Source: Candidatus Woesearchaeota archaeon
GTDB taxonomy: Archaea > Nanobdellota > Nanobdellia > Woesearchaeales > UBA10216
Assembly (NCBI GenBank): GCA_016188145.1
Contig: JACPIJ010000068.1
Span: forward strand, 1-42,278
Direction: 5' to 3'
DNA length: 42,278 nucleotides
Shown here: positions 18,519-26,981 of the stretch, in pieces
Layout of the letters: every line of letters starts with the position of its first letter
Position numbering within the stretch: the stretch's first letter is position 1
Translations under genes and position numbers: made by a program
Notes under the pieces: model-generated
What the model was told of the DNA's origin: nothing
The model's database searches: none
The model's input: only the letters and a program-made list of their open reading frames with translations

Positions 18519-18767
18519 ATGAGCATTGAAACGGTAATAGAGTTACTGATAAAAGCATGGGACAAAGTGGCTTATGAAAAGATGAATCAAACTGAGAAAA
18601 TCATTTATTATATTGGCCTATTGTTTAATGCTACAGGAACTGTAATTTCTCTTATACTCTTATTCAATGGTTGGTCAAGATGGTGGGCTCCTTTGTCAAT
18701 TTCTTGGATGATTGGGATTCCCATGATTTGGGGGGCTCGAACTTATGCTTTAAAAAAGAAAGGTTAA
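18519..18767 (+). CDS. Small membrane protein (two hydrophobic segments)
   Basis: GGAGGTG RBS; AT-rich; two hydrophobic stretches. Confidence 0.6.
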   Translation: MSIETVIELLIKAWDKVAYEKMNQTEKIIYYIGLLFNATGTVISLILLFNGWSRWWAPLSISWMIGIPMIWGARTYALKKKG

Positions 18768-19183
18768 TAGCCACTTTATAGCCAAAGCCAACAAGTGCTG
18801 TTGTTGAGGTTAAAAAATAAGAAAAAAGCCGGGTTCCGAAACCGGCAAACGCGCTTGCTTTATTTGCAAGCAACCATCCAGGTCTTTGTATTCTTAATAA
18901 GTAGACTACTTAATATACTTTCGCCTGAAAATTTTTCGATTTTTGGGCTTATGAGCACTGGACACTGGACAGATGCCCGGCGAGGGTATTTAAACTACTT
19001 CTTCTAAAACGCTCGGAGGACCGCAGAGCTGCCAAATTATGCTTTTCCCCTGCTTCGCATGGTCGCTAATCGCTAAAAGCAATTAGGCAGCTCCGCTCAG
19101 TGTCCTCCTCGCCCTAAACGTAAGATTTCTCAGCCAAGCGTGAGAAATCTCAACAATTGATTGAGGTCTCAGAGGTAAAGAAA

Positions 19184-19939
19184 ATGAGAAGATTGCCAGA
19201 AATGCTTCAGCAAGAAATCGAGTTAGAAATAGCCGAAGGCACTTCTTTAAATGCAATATCGAATTCTTACAATATTGGTAAATCAACGTTGTATTATTAC
19301 TATAAGAAAATTAAAGGGAAGAAATTTGTTCCTCCGAATGTAACTCCTGTTCTTTCGGAAGAAACTGGAGAAATCCTAGGGATTTTTGCAGGCGATGGAA
19401 GCCAATATTTTGAGGCGAGGAACTACCATTATGAAATTAATGTGCATTTTGGACATAAAAAGTTAGCCTATGCCAATTATGTTAAAGCACTATTTGAAGG
19501 GTTTTTTAAGAAGAAGTTTAGGTTACAAAGAGAATCGCATGAATTAAGACTCAGAACGTATTCTAAAGAAATTTTTTATTTCTTCAATAATTTTATATCT
19601 TATAATCCTAAAATAAAACATTCGACTGTTAAGCTAATTTCAACGTCAGTACCTGCTAATTTTAAGATTGGTTTCCTACGAGGTTTATTTGATACTGACG
19701 GATCTATACTCTACATTAGAAAACAAAAAAGAGTACGAATAGCTTACTGTACAACATCTTTAGAACTCATGAGACAAGTGAAATCCATAATGGACGAATT
19801 CGGTTTAAAATACGGGGTTTACACAGACCACCCAAAAAGACATAAGGACATTTATCGTATGACTTTGTGGAAAGAAAGCAACAACATATTTTTAAATACG
19901 ATAGAACCTTTCAAAAAACGTTTATTATTGGGCCGGTAA
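19184..19939 (+). CDS. HTH plus double-motif LAGLIDADG endonuclease-like protein
   Basis: ILGIFAGDGS and FLRGLFDTDGS; N-terminal SLNAISNSYNIGKSTLYYY; AT-rich; stop codon lies inside tRNA-Ala. Confidence 0.85.
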   Translation: MRRLPEMLQQEIELEIAEGTSLNAISNSYNIGKSTLYYYYKKIKGKKFVPPNVTPVLSEETGEILGIFAGDGSQYFEARNYHYEINVHFGHKKLAYANYVKALFEGFFKKKFRLQRESHELRLRTYSKEIFYFFNNFISYNPKIKHSTVKLISTSVPANFKIGFLRGLFDTDGSILYIRKQKRVRIAYCTTSLELMRQVKSIMDEFGLKYGVYTDHPKRHKDIYRMTLWKESNNIFLNTIEPFKKRLLLGR

Positions 19940-20028
19940 TTCAACCTGGAATCGGTTAAAACGGTGGGTAATAGAATGCGCCGCTGGCCGCGGTGATGCT
20001 TCGGGTTCAAATCCCGACCGGTCCACCA
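19930..20028 (+). tRNA. tRNA-Ala(GGC) with 20-nt D-loop intron (19951-19970)
   Basis: Acceptor GGGCCGG/CCGGTCC-ACCA, anticodon stem CGCCG/CGGTG, TTCAAAT T-loop; BHB helix CCTG/TGGG with GA|A and TA|A bulges. Confidence 0.85.
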
Positions 20029-20057
20029 TTTTTACTTTCGAGCTGGTGTTTTATCAA

Positions 20058-20954
20058 ATGAAAGCAGGATTTTGGTATGCAATTCTCTCATCGCTTTTCC
20101 TCTCAACAGGCTTCATCCTTGCAAAGCACTTTCTCCAGTACACCAATCCTGAAACCCTGAACACGCTGTGGTTCGGTATTGCGTTTGTAGTGTCGATTCT
20201 ACTGCTGCTGATTAGGAACGCTTCGAAAACCCTCAGGACGTTTAGGGAGCACTGGAAAGACGGCGTGGTCATTGGAGGGGCTAACGCTGTTGCCGCAGCC
20301 TTCTGGTTTCAGGCGATAAACATTGCAGGCCCAACCCTGACTGCGTTTCTGGTGAGGTTTAGCACAATCTTTATCATATTTCTGGGAATATTTTTCCTGA
20401 AGGAGAAGCTGCACTTGCAGGACATAGCCGGCATGGTGATTGCAGTGGGTGGCGCTTTTACGATAAGCTTTGCCAACGGAGAATACCTGACAATGGGAGT
20501 GGCGGTGGCGCTTGCAGCCTCTTTTGCAATAGCCGTGCACCAGGTGCTGTCAAAGGTTTACGTCAAGAGTATAAATCCTTTGGCGCTTGTAAGCCTCAGG
20601 ACGCTTTACACTGCGCTGTTCCTGCTCATATACGCTGTTGCCTTTTCAAAGCTTCAGCCTTTCCCGCTGAGCCAGCTGCCTTTCCTTACCATTGCGGTAG
20701 CAGTTAACGCTGTTCTCGGCTTTGTCTTCTTCTACAAGGCGCTTGAGCTCCTGGACGTTTCAAAGGTTGCAATAATCAGGACGCTTGACCCGTTCGTTGT
20801 TGTCGTATACGCGCTAATTATCTTCCAAACGCTCCCGTCGCTTAACGAGCTCTCCGGAGGCACGCTCGTAGTTATTGGCGTGCTGGCAACAATGTACGGC
20901 CACAACATCAGGACAATTCTAAGAGCTGTGAAAGGCCTGCCGTGGTTTGGGTAA
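20058..20954 (+). CDS. DMT/EamA family transporter
   Basis: About ten hydrophobic segments in two repeats; FLKEK motif. Confidence 0.88.
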   Translation: MKAGFWYAILSSLFLSTGFILAKHFLQYTNPETLNTLWFGIAFVVSILLLLIRNASKTLRTFREHWKDGVVIGGANAVAAAFWFQAINIAGPTLTAFLVRFSTIFIIFLGIFFLKEKLHLQDIAGMVIAVGGAFTISFANGEYLTMGVAVALAASFAIAVHQVLSKVYVKSINPLALVSLRTLYTALFLLIYAVAFSKLQPFPLSQLPFLTIAVAVNAVLGFVFFYKALELLDVSKVAIIRTLDPFVVVVYALIIFQTLPSLNELSGGTLVVIGVLATMYGHNIRTILRAVKGLPWFG

Positions 20955-21006
20955 TGCAATGATAAAATTTTTATAAACGTAACATAGCAGCAACTGGTTA
21001 ATAAAA

Positions 21007-21444
21007 ATGGCAGCAGCAAATAATGCTAAACGAGCGAATGATTGCATCTTCTGCAAGATAATCGAAGGGGGCCTGCCTGCGTACAAGGTTTACGAAGACA
21101 CCAACGTTATGGCTTTTCTGGACATTTTTCCGATACACCCAGGGCACGTGCTCGTTGTTCCGAAGAGGCACTACACCGACATCTTTGACACACCCGAGAA
21201 AGACCTCCAGAACGTCATCGCAGCTGCAAAGAAAATCTCTCCTGCTGTTATGAAAGCAACAAATGCCGATGCTATAAACATTGGCATGAACAACAGACCT
21301 GCCTCGGGCCAGGTAGTTATGCATACCCACCTGCACGTAATTCCCCGTTACAAGGACGATGGCCTGAAAACATGGCCGCAGAGGCCCTATAACAACGACG
21401 CAGAGAAGGAACACGTTGCGGCCGCAATAAAAAGTTCGCTGTGA
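21007..21444 (+). CDS. HIT family hydrolase
   Basis: DCIFCKI, GHVLVVPKRH, GQVVMHTHLHVIPR. Confidence 0.95.
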   Translation: MAAANNAKRANDCIFCKIIEGGLPAYKVYEDTNVMAFLDIFPIHPGHVLVVPKRHYTDIFDTPEKDLQNVIAAAKKISPAVMKATNADAINIGMNNRPASGQVVMHTHLHVIPRYKDDGLKTWPQRPYNNDAEKEHVAAAIKSSL

Positions 21445-21502
21445 ATGTCTAAGTTCTCCATCAAAAACCTTTAAAAGCTGCTCAAGATGCCGATTGTGTC
21501 AT

Positions 21503-21725
21503 GTCGGGGTAACTCAGCCTGGTTAGAGTGCGGCGCTCATATGTTTGAGCGATGAGCCGAGCAGTCGGCGATGAACTTACTCTACCAGAACGGGGAGACG
21601 CCGTTGTCGCGAGTTCAAAAAGCCCTTTTTTGCTTCGCAAAAAAGCCCTTGGGGAAAACGTTTTCCGCCAGCGCTTTTGCGAGTAGCAACGAGCAAAAAG
21701 GGCTGTGAAAGTCTCGCCCCCGACA
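21503..21725 (+). tRNA. tRNA-Met(CAT), probably elongator, with two introns: 37/38 (21542-21597) and T-loop 59/60 (21620-21711)
   Basis: GTCGGGG/CCCCGAC acceptor, CGGCG/CGCCG anticodon stem, GCGAG/CTCGC T-stem; removing both inserts restores CTCATAA and TTCAAAT loops. Confidence 0.88.
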
Positions 21726-21731
21726 CTATTT

Positions 21732-22478
21732 TCAATGCGCGCCTTCCAGCGCTTTTACGATGCCTGCCTTTCTTTCCTGGTATGCCGGCCTTACCGCATG
21801 GACAGTTGCGTCAGGGAACATCCTGGCAACAGCCACGATTCCCCTTAACTTTTCGCTTGCCTCACAGCTCTGGTATTCAGAGCCAATGAAATGCTGGCCT
21901 TTCAAAAGCTGCCATGCAGCTTCTGCATACAAGAACTTGCCGACGTTATTTGCAAAGAGACCGCAGTCAGGATGCGCCATGAGCCAAATCCTCATGGCAG
22001 CTGAAGCCTTTGCAGAACAATACTGGACCAGAGCCATCAAAACTGCCTGAGCTACGTCTCCAGCTGCGCCGTTGGGCTTTCCGAAAGCAAATCCCGTGCC
22101 TTCCTTCCCGTTTACGAAAGCGTAGGCATCTCCCGGAATGCCCATGACTATAGTGCTTTCTCTAGTGCCTTCTCCCAGCGCAAGCTGTACAACCCCTTTT
22201 GGAAGATTCTCATTGACACTATCCTTTGTTATTTCCTTAAAGCTGTTTGAAGCGGCATCGTACACTAAGAAAAGCTGCCTGAACTGCTTGGAATCGCCTG
22301 CCTGCTGGACATGGCTGTCATCGTACCAAACATCGGCTTCTTGGCATTCTTCGCCTAACGACCGTGCGGGGTATTTCGGGTCCACGCAGGTCACGATAAA
22401 CCTCCACGCCTTCTGCTGTGCGCTTTTAGCTCGCAATATATCTTCGACCCGTTCGCCAATCTTTGCCATTTTTGTCAT
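21732..22478 (-). CDS. Hypothetical protein with beta-carbonic-anhydrase-like metal ligands
   Basis: FIVTCVDP and LMAHPDCG resemble CxD and HxxC. Confidence 0.5.
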   Translation of the reverse strand: MTKMAKIGERVEDILRAKSAQQKAWRFIVTCVDPKYPARSLGEECQEADVWYDDSHVQQAGDSKQFRQLFLVYDAASNSFKEITKDSVNENLPKGVVQLALGEGTRESTIVMGIPGDAYAFVNGKEGTGFAFGKPNGAAGDVAQAVLMALVQYCSAKASAAMRIWLMAHPDCGLFANNVGKFLYAEAAWQLLKGQHFIGSEYQSCEASEKLRGIVAVARMFPDATVHAVRPAYQERKAGIVKALEGAH

Positions 22479-22583
22479 TTGAGGCGCAGAGGCCTGTTTT
22501 TAAGCCTTTCCCGTTTGGGATGGAGCGGATACGTGGTTGTTGTAAATATTTATAAAAAAGCTGTTGCTGCCAACTCGGTTAAG

Positions 22584-23742
22584 ATGAAGATAGCTCTTGT
22601 CTGCCCTTACGACATAGCATACCCTGGAGGGGTAACCAATCACGTTACCCAGTTTGCCCAATACGCAAGGAAAGTGGGGCACGACGTGGCAGTAATAGCA
22701 CCTACCTCACGAAAAGGCGCATACGAAGGGGTTATTTCGTCCGGGAAAGCAATCCCTTTTCCAATAAAAGGCGGCACTGTGCCGAGGCTTTCTTTCTCAT
22801 TCTGGAATTATCCTGAAATAAGAAAACTGTTTGTAAGCGAGAAATTCGACGTGATACATGTTCACGAGCCGGGGGTTCCGCTACTCGGCTTCGCTGCACT
22901 GGCCTGCGCGCCCCAGCGCCTTAGCGCAATAGCTGCCACGTTTCACACCAATGCGCCTTACAACTTCTTGTACAAGACTTACGGCAAAGTTGCCAAGCTG
23001 TCAAAGCTTGCTGACAAGCTGTTGAGGAAGGTTGACGTGAAAATAGCCGTTTCCGAAGCAGCCAAAATGTTTGCCTCAAGATACGTCACCGGGGAATACT
23101 GCATTATTCCTAACGGCGTAGACGTGGAGCACTTCTCGCCTGAGACAAAGCCAATCGGGCATTACAGGGATGGCAAGGTTAACATCCTGTTTGTAGGCAG
23201 GCTTGGGAACTACGAAAAAAGGAAAGGGCTGAAGTATTTGGTTTCGGCTTTCAACAAGCTGCATGCCAACCATCCAAACGCCAGGCTGCTGGTTGTGGGG
23301 CCAGGCAAGCCCCAGGTATTACGCAACAGCTGACATCTTTTGCTCGCCAGCAACGCATGGCGAAAGCTTCGGAATGGTCCTTGTCGAGGCAATGGCTTCC
23401 GGAAAGCCTGTTGTGGCTTCTAACATTGACGGCTACAGGAACGTCGTTTTAGGCAGCAGCGGAAGCGGCAGGAACAGCAATGCCGTTAGCACTGGTGGCT
23501 TTGATGGCTTGGTCAGAACCGAAGCCGGAATCCTGGTGCCTCCGGGAAATCCGCATGCGCTGGCTGACGCTTTGGAAGAGCTGGTCACTAACGAAGCCTT
23601 AAGGCTCAGCATGGGAAAGAGCGGGAGACGAATAGTCATCAAAAACTTCAGCTGGGACGTTGTTGCGCCGCAGATCCTGGCGGTTTATGAGAGAGTTATT
23701 GCGGCAAAACGGCAGCGAGAAGTAGTAACTGCAAAAGTTTAA
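22584..23742 (+). pseudogene. GT4 (PimA-like) glycosyltransferase split by a frameshifting internal deletion
   Basis: MKIALVCPYD..PGGV..H through LLVVGPGKP in one frame; PRYYATADIFCSP..GESFGMVLVEAMASG in another; junction near 23310. Confidence 0.75.
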
Positions 23743-23800
23743 GCGCCGGGACAGGTGTCCTCACCGCTGCTGCGGCTCGGGACCTGCCCGTCGCTATGTG

Positions 23801-23883
23801 GATTTCTTGGTCAAGCTTACTTCGGCTTAGAGCCGAAGGATGTTGCTTCTCCAGCAACATTCTTTGCTTGCCAAAGAAGGTTG
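23801..23883 (-). repeat. Dispersed hairpin repeat immediately 3' of tRNA-Ser(CGA)
   Basis: Minus strand CAACCTT...ATGTTGC/GCAACAT, CTTCGGCT/AGCCGAAG...AAGCTTGACCAAG; collinear with 15650-15722. Confidence 0.7.
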
Positions 23884-23885
23884 AG

Positions 23886-24077
23886 CGCCGGGACAGGGAT
23901 TTGAACCCCGATAGCTTTCGCAATCCGCTTTCTTTCTGACCGTTTCCCACGTCGCTTTGAGGCGACGGGGCCCAATCGTGCTTCGCACGATTTGGGTTTG
24001 GTCAAGCTTTTTGCAAGCCGCAGCGCGCAAAAAGATTGTTCGAGGCGGACGGACGCACCGGATCGTCCACTCCCGGC
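23886..24077 (-). tRNA. tRNA-Ser(CGA) with 109-nt intron at 37/38 (23930-24038) and atypical D-arm
   Basis: GCCGGGA/TCCCGGC-G acceptor, TCCGC/GCGGA anticodon stem, variable arm, CGGGG-TTCAAAT-CCCTG. Confidence 0.75.
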
Positions 24078-24204
24078 AATAAGGGCAGCTCCACGCCGCC
24101 CTTATCAACCCTACGGCAAAATACCAAGCTTATAAAGATTGTCAAGAAATAATAATGCTAATTTGGTAACCCTACAAATATCTCAAACATTTCATTTTGC
24201 AGGG

Positions 24205-24570
24205 TTATAACGCCTTTACTTTCCTAATCATCAGGCCGCCTGTTGATGGGATTATTTTGACGGTTACGCCTTTGCTAAGGTTCATATGGCTGGCCAGCTC
24301 CTGTGGAATTGTTACTGCCAAGCTCCTGCCTGTAACAGTTATTTTTCTATGGAAGCCGAAAGTGCTTTCGATAAGCGCATTTGTCCTTTGCTTCATGCGT
24401 GCTGCTTGTTCCCCACTGAAGAACACGTTGCCGCATTTAGGGCACTCGTAAGCTGGTACGTTGCTTAAAGCGTGGCCTTCCAGATACTCGTAACTTGGAA
24501 GCAGTGCCAGCTTCATTTCAGAGTCACACTTTGCGCAGTAAATAGCACCTTCCTTCATTTTGGTTGCCAT
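24205..24570 (-). CDS. YgiT/MqsA-type zinc finger plus AbrB/MazE domain (putative antitoxin)
   Basis: CAKC...NVPAYECPKCG..FF; RKITVTGRSLAVTIPQEL. Confidence 0.8.
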   Translation of the reverse strand: MATKMKEGAIYCAKCDSEMKLALLPSYEYLEGHALSNVPAYECPKCGNVFFSGEQAARMKQRTNALIESTFGFHRKITVTGRSLAVTIPQELASHMNLSKGVTVKIIPSTGGLMIRKVKAL

Positions 24571-24800
24571 CTTTTCCTTCTGACCGTGTAGCACGTTACC
24601 ACCCTTGTTTCTTCCTTTCTTAAAGTGTATATCACGACTATTTCCTTGCCTTTTAGCTGCAGTTGCTTCCCGTAGCGCAGCTCGCCCTTAACCACTTGCT
24701 TTATCACGAGTTCGCCATGTTCCAGGCACGCCTCAGCTTCTTCCCTTGAAATGCCGTCTTTCAGCATCTCATCCTCAGCATGCTGGGGAAACGTAATCAT
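24555..24800 (-). CDS. DUF4258-like putative toxin
   Basis: FPQHAEDEM..GIS..E....LEHGE...VVTCY; overlaps the antitoxin start. Confidence 0.75.
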   Translation of the reverse strand: MITFPQHAEDEMLKDGISREEAEACLEHGELVIKQVVKGELRYGKQLQLKGKEIVVIYTLRKEETRVVTCYTVRRKRWQPK

Positions 24801-24991
24801 TATCAACCACTTACCAAATAAGTATTTAAAGTTTTCCATTAAATTCAATAAGGATGAGTGCCCCGTCCGAGCAGGGCGAGATTGTCTAATTTACTGCACG
24901 TTTTCTGCTTTGCATAAAGGTCGAATGTTTATATATTAGCTAATGATACGTTAATGCAAATTTAAATGTTTTGTTTCGAGGTGATTAGAGA

Positions 24992-25138
24992 ATGCCAAAG
25001 ATTCAAAGGATGGGAAAAACCCACTGGGTAAGCATTCCTGCCTACATTTGCAAGCTCAAGGGCTGGAGTAAGGGTATGGAGCTTTACTTTGACATAGACC
25101 AAAGAACAGGCAAGGTTGTGCTAGATAAGGTGTCGTAG
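24992..25138 (+). CDS. AbrB/MazE/SpoVT-family small DNA-binding protein (48 aa, not in the ORF track)
   Basis: GAGGTGA RBS; MPKIQRMGKTHWVSIPAYICKLKGWSKGMELYF. Confidence 0.75.
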   Translation: MPKIQRMGKTHWVSIPAYICKLKGWSKGMELYFDIDQRTGKVVLDKVS

Positions 25139-25195
25139 TCTGAGTATGTGAAACTTTTGAAAAAATATATAAACTTCGGTGGAGGAGTTAACAAT

Positions 25196-26173
25196 ATGTC
25201 GCTATTTCATGCAGGCGGGGCTAAAAGGTTTAGAAATGTGAAGATGAAGATAGCACTTCTTGCTGCAGGCGCTGCTATTCTGGGTTCTTCTCTTATGGGA
25301 TGTGCAAAGAGTGGAGCGCCTACCCCTCAAGAGACGCATCAGCTACAGCCTCCAGACAGAGCGGTGGTTCTTCAGGAGGAAAAGCAGGTTCAGAAATCAG
25401 AAAGCGTTAGAGAACATGTTTTTGTAGCTGCAGAGGAGATACTCAAAGGCCAGCAACTTTTGGGGCAAGCTCAGGAGAGTCTGAAAAACAGCATCTATTT
25501 TCTTGCTGCTGAGCAGGATTTATCACAAGCGCTTACACACTTTTTAAAGGCTGAGGAGAATGGTGTTGATGTTTCCCATTATATTAAACAAATTAAACAG
25601 CTCTACCAGCAGCTTGTGCAAGCTGATTTCGAATTGTTGAGAGAAGGCATTGAGCATAAAATCCAGTCGGGCTATTGGCAAGATGCTTTATATGCGATTA
25701 AGGAATTTGAAAAACAGCTTGTGAGGTTGCAGGCCTTCGTTAATCGTGGCTTCTATGAGAAAGAAATAGAAATACTGAGAGGGAAAGTGCATACTGCTTA
25801 TGTTGAACATCAGTTTGCTTTTGCTAGGCAATTGTTGCAGAAAGCTACAAGTCCTGCTCAACTACCTCAGGTAACAATGGAAGTCAAGGACGCCTTACAG
25901 TTTATTGAAAAGTCAAAATCTCAAGATTTTGGGCTTGATATTGGAAAAATAGAAGGTGAAGGAAGGCAGATTATTGGTTCTACATATTTGAAGGATGCTG
26001 AATTTAAGGTAGCTTCTTTTAAGGCTCATCAGAAAATTAACATCGGATTTGCCATTAAGGAACTGGAAGATGCGAAAAAATTAGCTCAGAAAGCCGCAGA
26101 GTATGGCGTTAACGCTGGACCTGTCCTGGGAGAAATTGAGAAGACTCTTGTTGAAGTAACCGGCAAGCCATAA
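25196..26173 (+). CDS. Putative helical lipoprotein
   Basis: Hydrophobic signal ending LMGC; helical-repeat-like body; GGAGG RBS. Confidence 0.65.
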   Translation: MSLFHAGGAKRFRNVKMKIALLAAGAAILGSSLMGCAKSGAPTPQETHQLQPPDRAVVLQEEKQVQKSESVREHVFVAAEEILKGQQLLGQAQESLKNSIYFLAAEQDLSQALTHFLKAEENGVDVSHYIKQIKQLYQQLVQADFELLREGIEHKIQSGYWQDALYAIKEFEKQLVRLQAFVNRGFYEKEIEILRGKVHTAYVEHQFAFARQLLQKATSPAQLPQVTMEVKDALQFIEKSKSQDFGLDIGKIEGEGRQIIGSTYLKDAEFKVASFKAHQKINIGFAIKELEDAKKLAQKAAEYGVNAGPVLGEIEKTLVEVTGKP

Positions 26174-26184
26174 GACAAGGAGTA

Positions 26185-26871
26185 TTATTCTCCTATGATT
26201 GTTATGTTCCGCCCGCCCCTAATTCTAGCGTTGCGTCCTGGAGGAACCCTAAACGTTTTACCGTCTACAGTAACTGTGTAACCTCTTGACCTGGGCGTGT
26301 CTTCTTGCTGAGGATTGTATTGCGGCTCAGATTCTGTTTGTCGTAAAGCTTTGTCTATGTGCAAGATAAACCGCTTAGCGTCTGAGTGCAGTACCCCTAC
26401 ATAGCCATCTTCGCGATCTTCCGGAATACTGTGAGTAGTATTGTACCCAACTCCTGCACGCAAGTCATGGAGCTCTTTTGCGTGTTCCATTTCATCAGCT
26501 AGCTGGTATACAAGCTCTGCCAAGTTCTTTGCTCGCTTGCCAGATGTAGGATTAGGCGTGAACTGTATGTTTGCTACCACAGGAAAAGCTACTTTATAAA
26601 ACGTCCTTGTTCCTTCTTTTGACTTGATAGTGCGTTCCTCAACATTGCCTAATTCGCCTATTAGAACATGGTAAAGGGCTTTGTCATCAAATCCTTCTAG
26701 TGTATGAGTCCGTTGCCCCACAAGACCGAGTATCGTTCCTTCTTGTAGATCCGGAAGCTGGCCAAGCCCTATTTGGTTTAGAGTGCCATGGTTTTGGAAA
26801 GCCTTCAGCACATCAACTCCAAAACGAGCTGCTTCTCGCATTTTGTAGCCGCCTTCTTGATAGTTAGTCAT
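26185..26871 (-). CDS. Hypothetical protein
   Basis: 228-aa ORF with TTTAAATA upstream; no family recognised. Confidence 0.65.
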   Translation of the reverse strand: MTNYQEGGYKMREAARFGVDVLKAFQNHGTLNQIGLGQLPDLQEGTILGLVGQRTHTLEGFDDKALYHVLIGELGNVEERTIKSKEGTRTFYKVAFPVVANIQFTPNPTSGKRAKNLAELVYQLADEMEHAKELHDLRAGVGYNTTHSIPEDREDGYVGVLHSDAKRFILHIDKALRQTESEPQYNPQQEDTPRSRGYTVTVDGKTFRVPPGRNARIRGGRNITIIGE

Positions 26872-26981
26872 TCTGCAGGTTAGTATAAGGAACTAGTATT
26901 TAAAGCTTTCGATATTATTACTACTAATAAGTTACAAAAATAGAAAAGTTATTATACTGGTTTGTTCCGAAAACTTGTATC

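Noticed and set aside
18827..18847. GCCGG...CCGGC hairpin beside an A-run
   Set aside because: Terminator-like on the minus strand, but no convincing gene feeds into it.
19184..19939. LAGLIDADG as part of an intein or rRNA intron
   Set aside because: No intein splice motifs, host gene or rRNA sequence flank it.
23886..24077. Selenocysteine tRNA
   Set aside because: Anticodon is CGA, not TCA, and the fold is 7/5 rather than 9/4.
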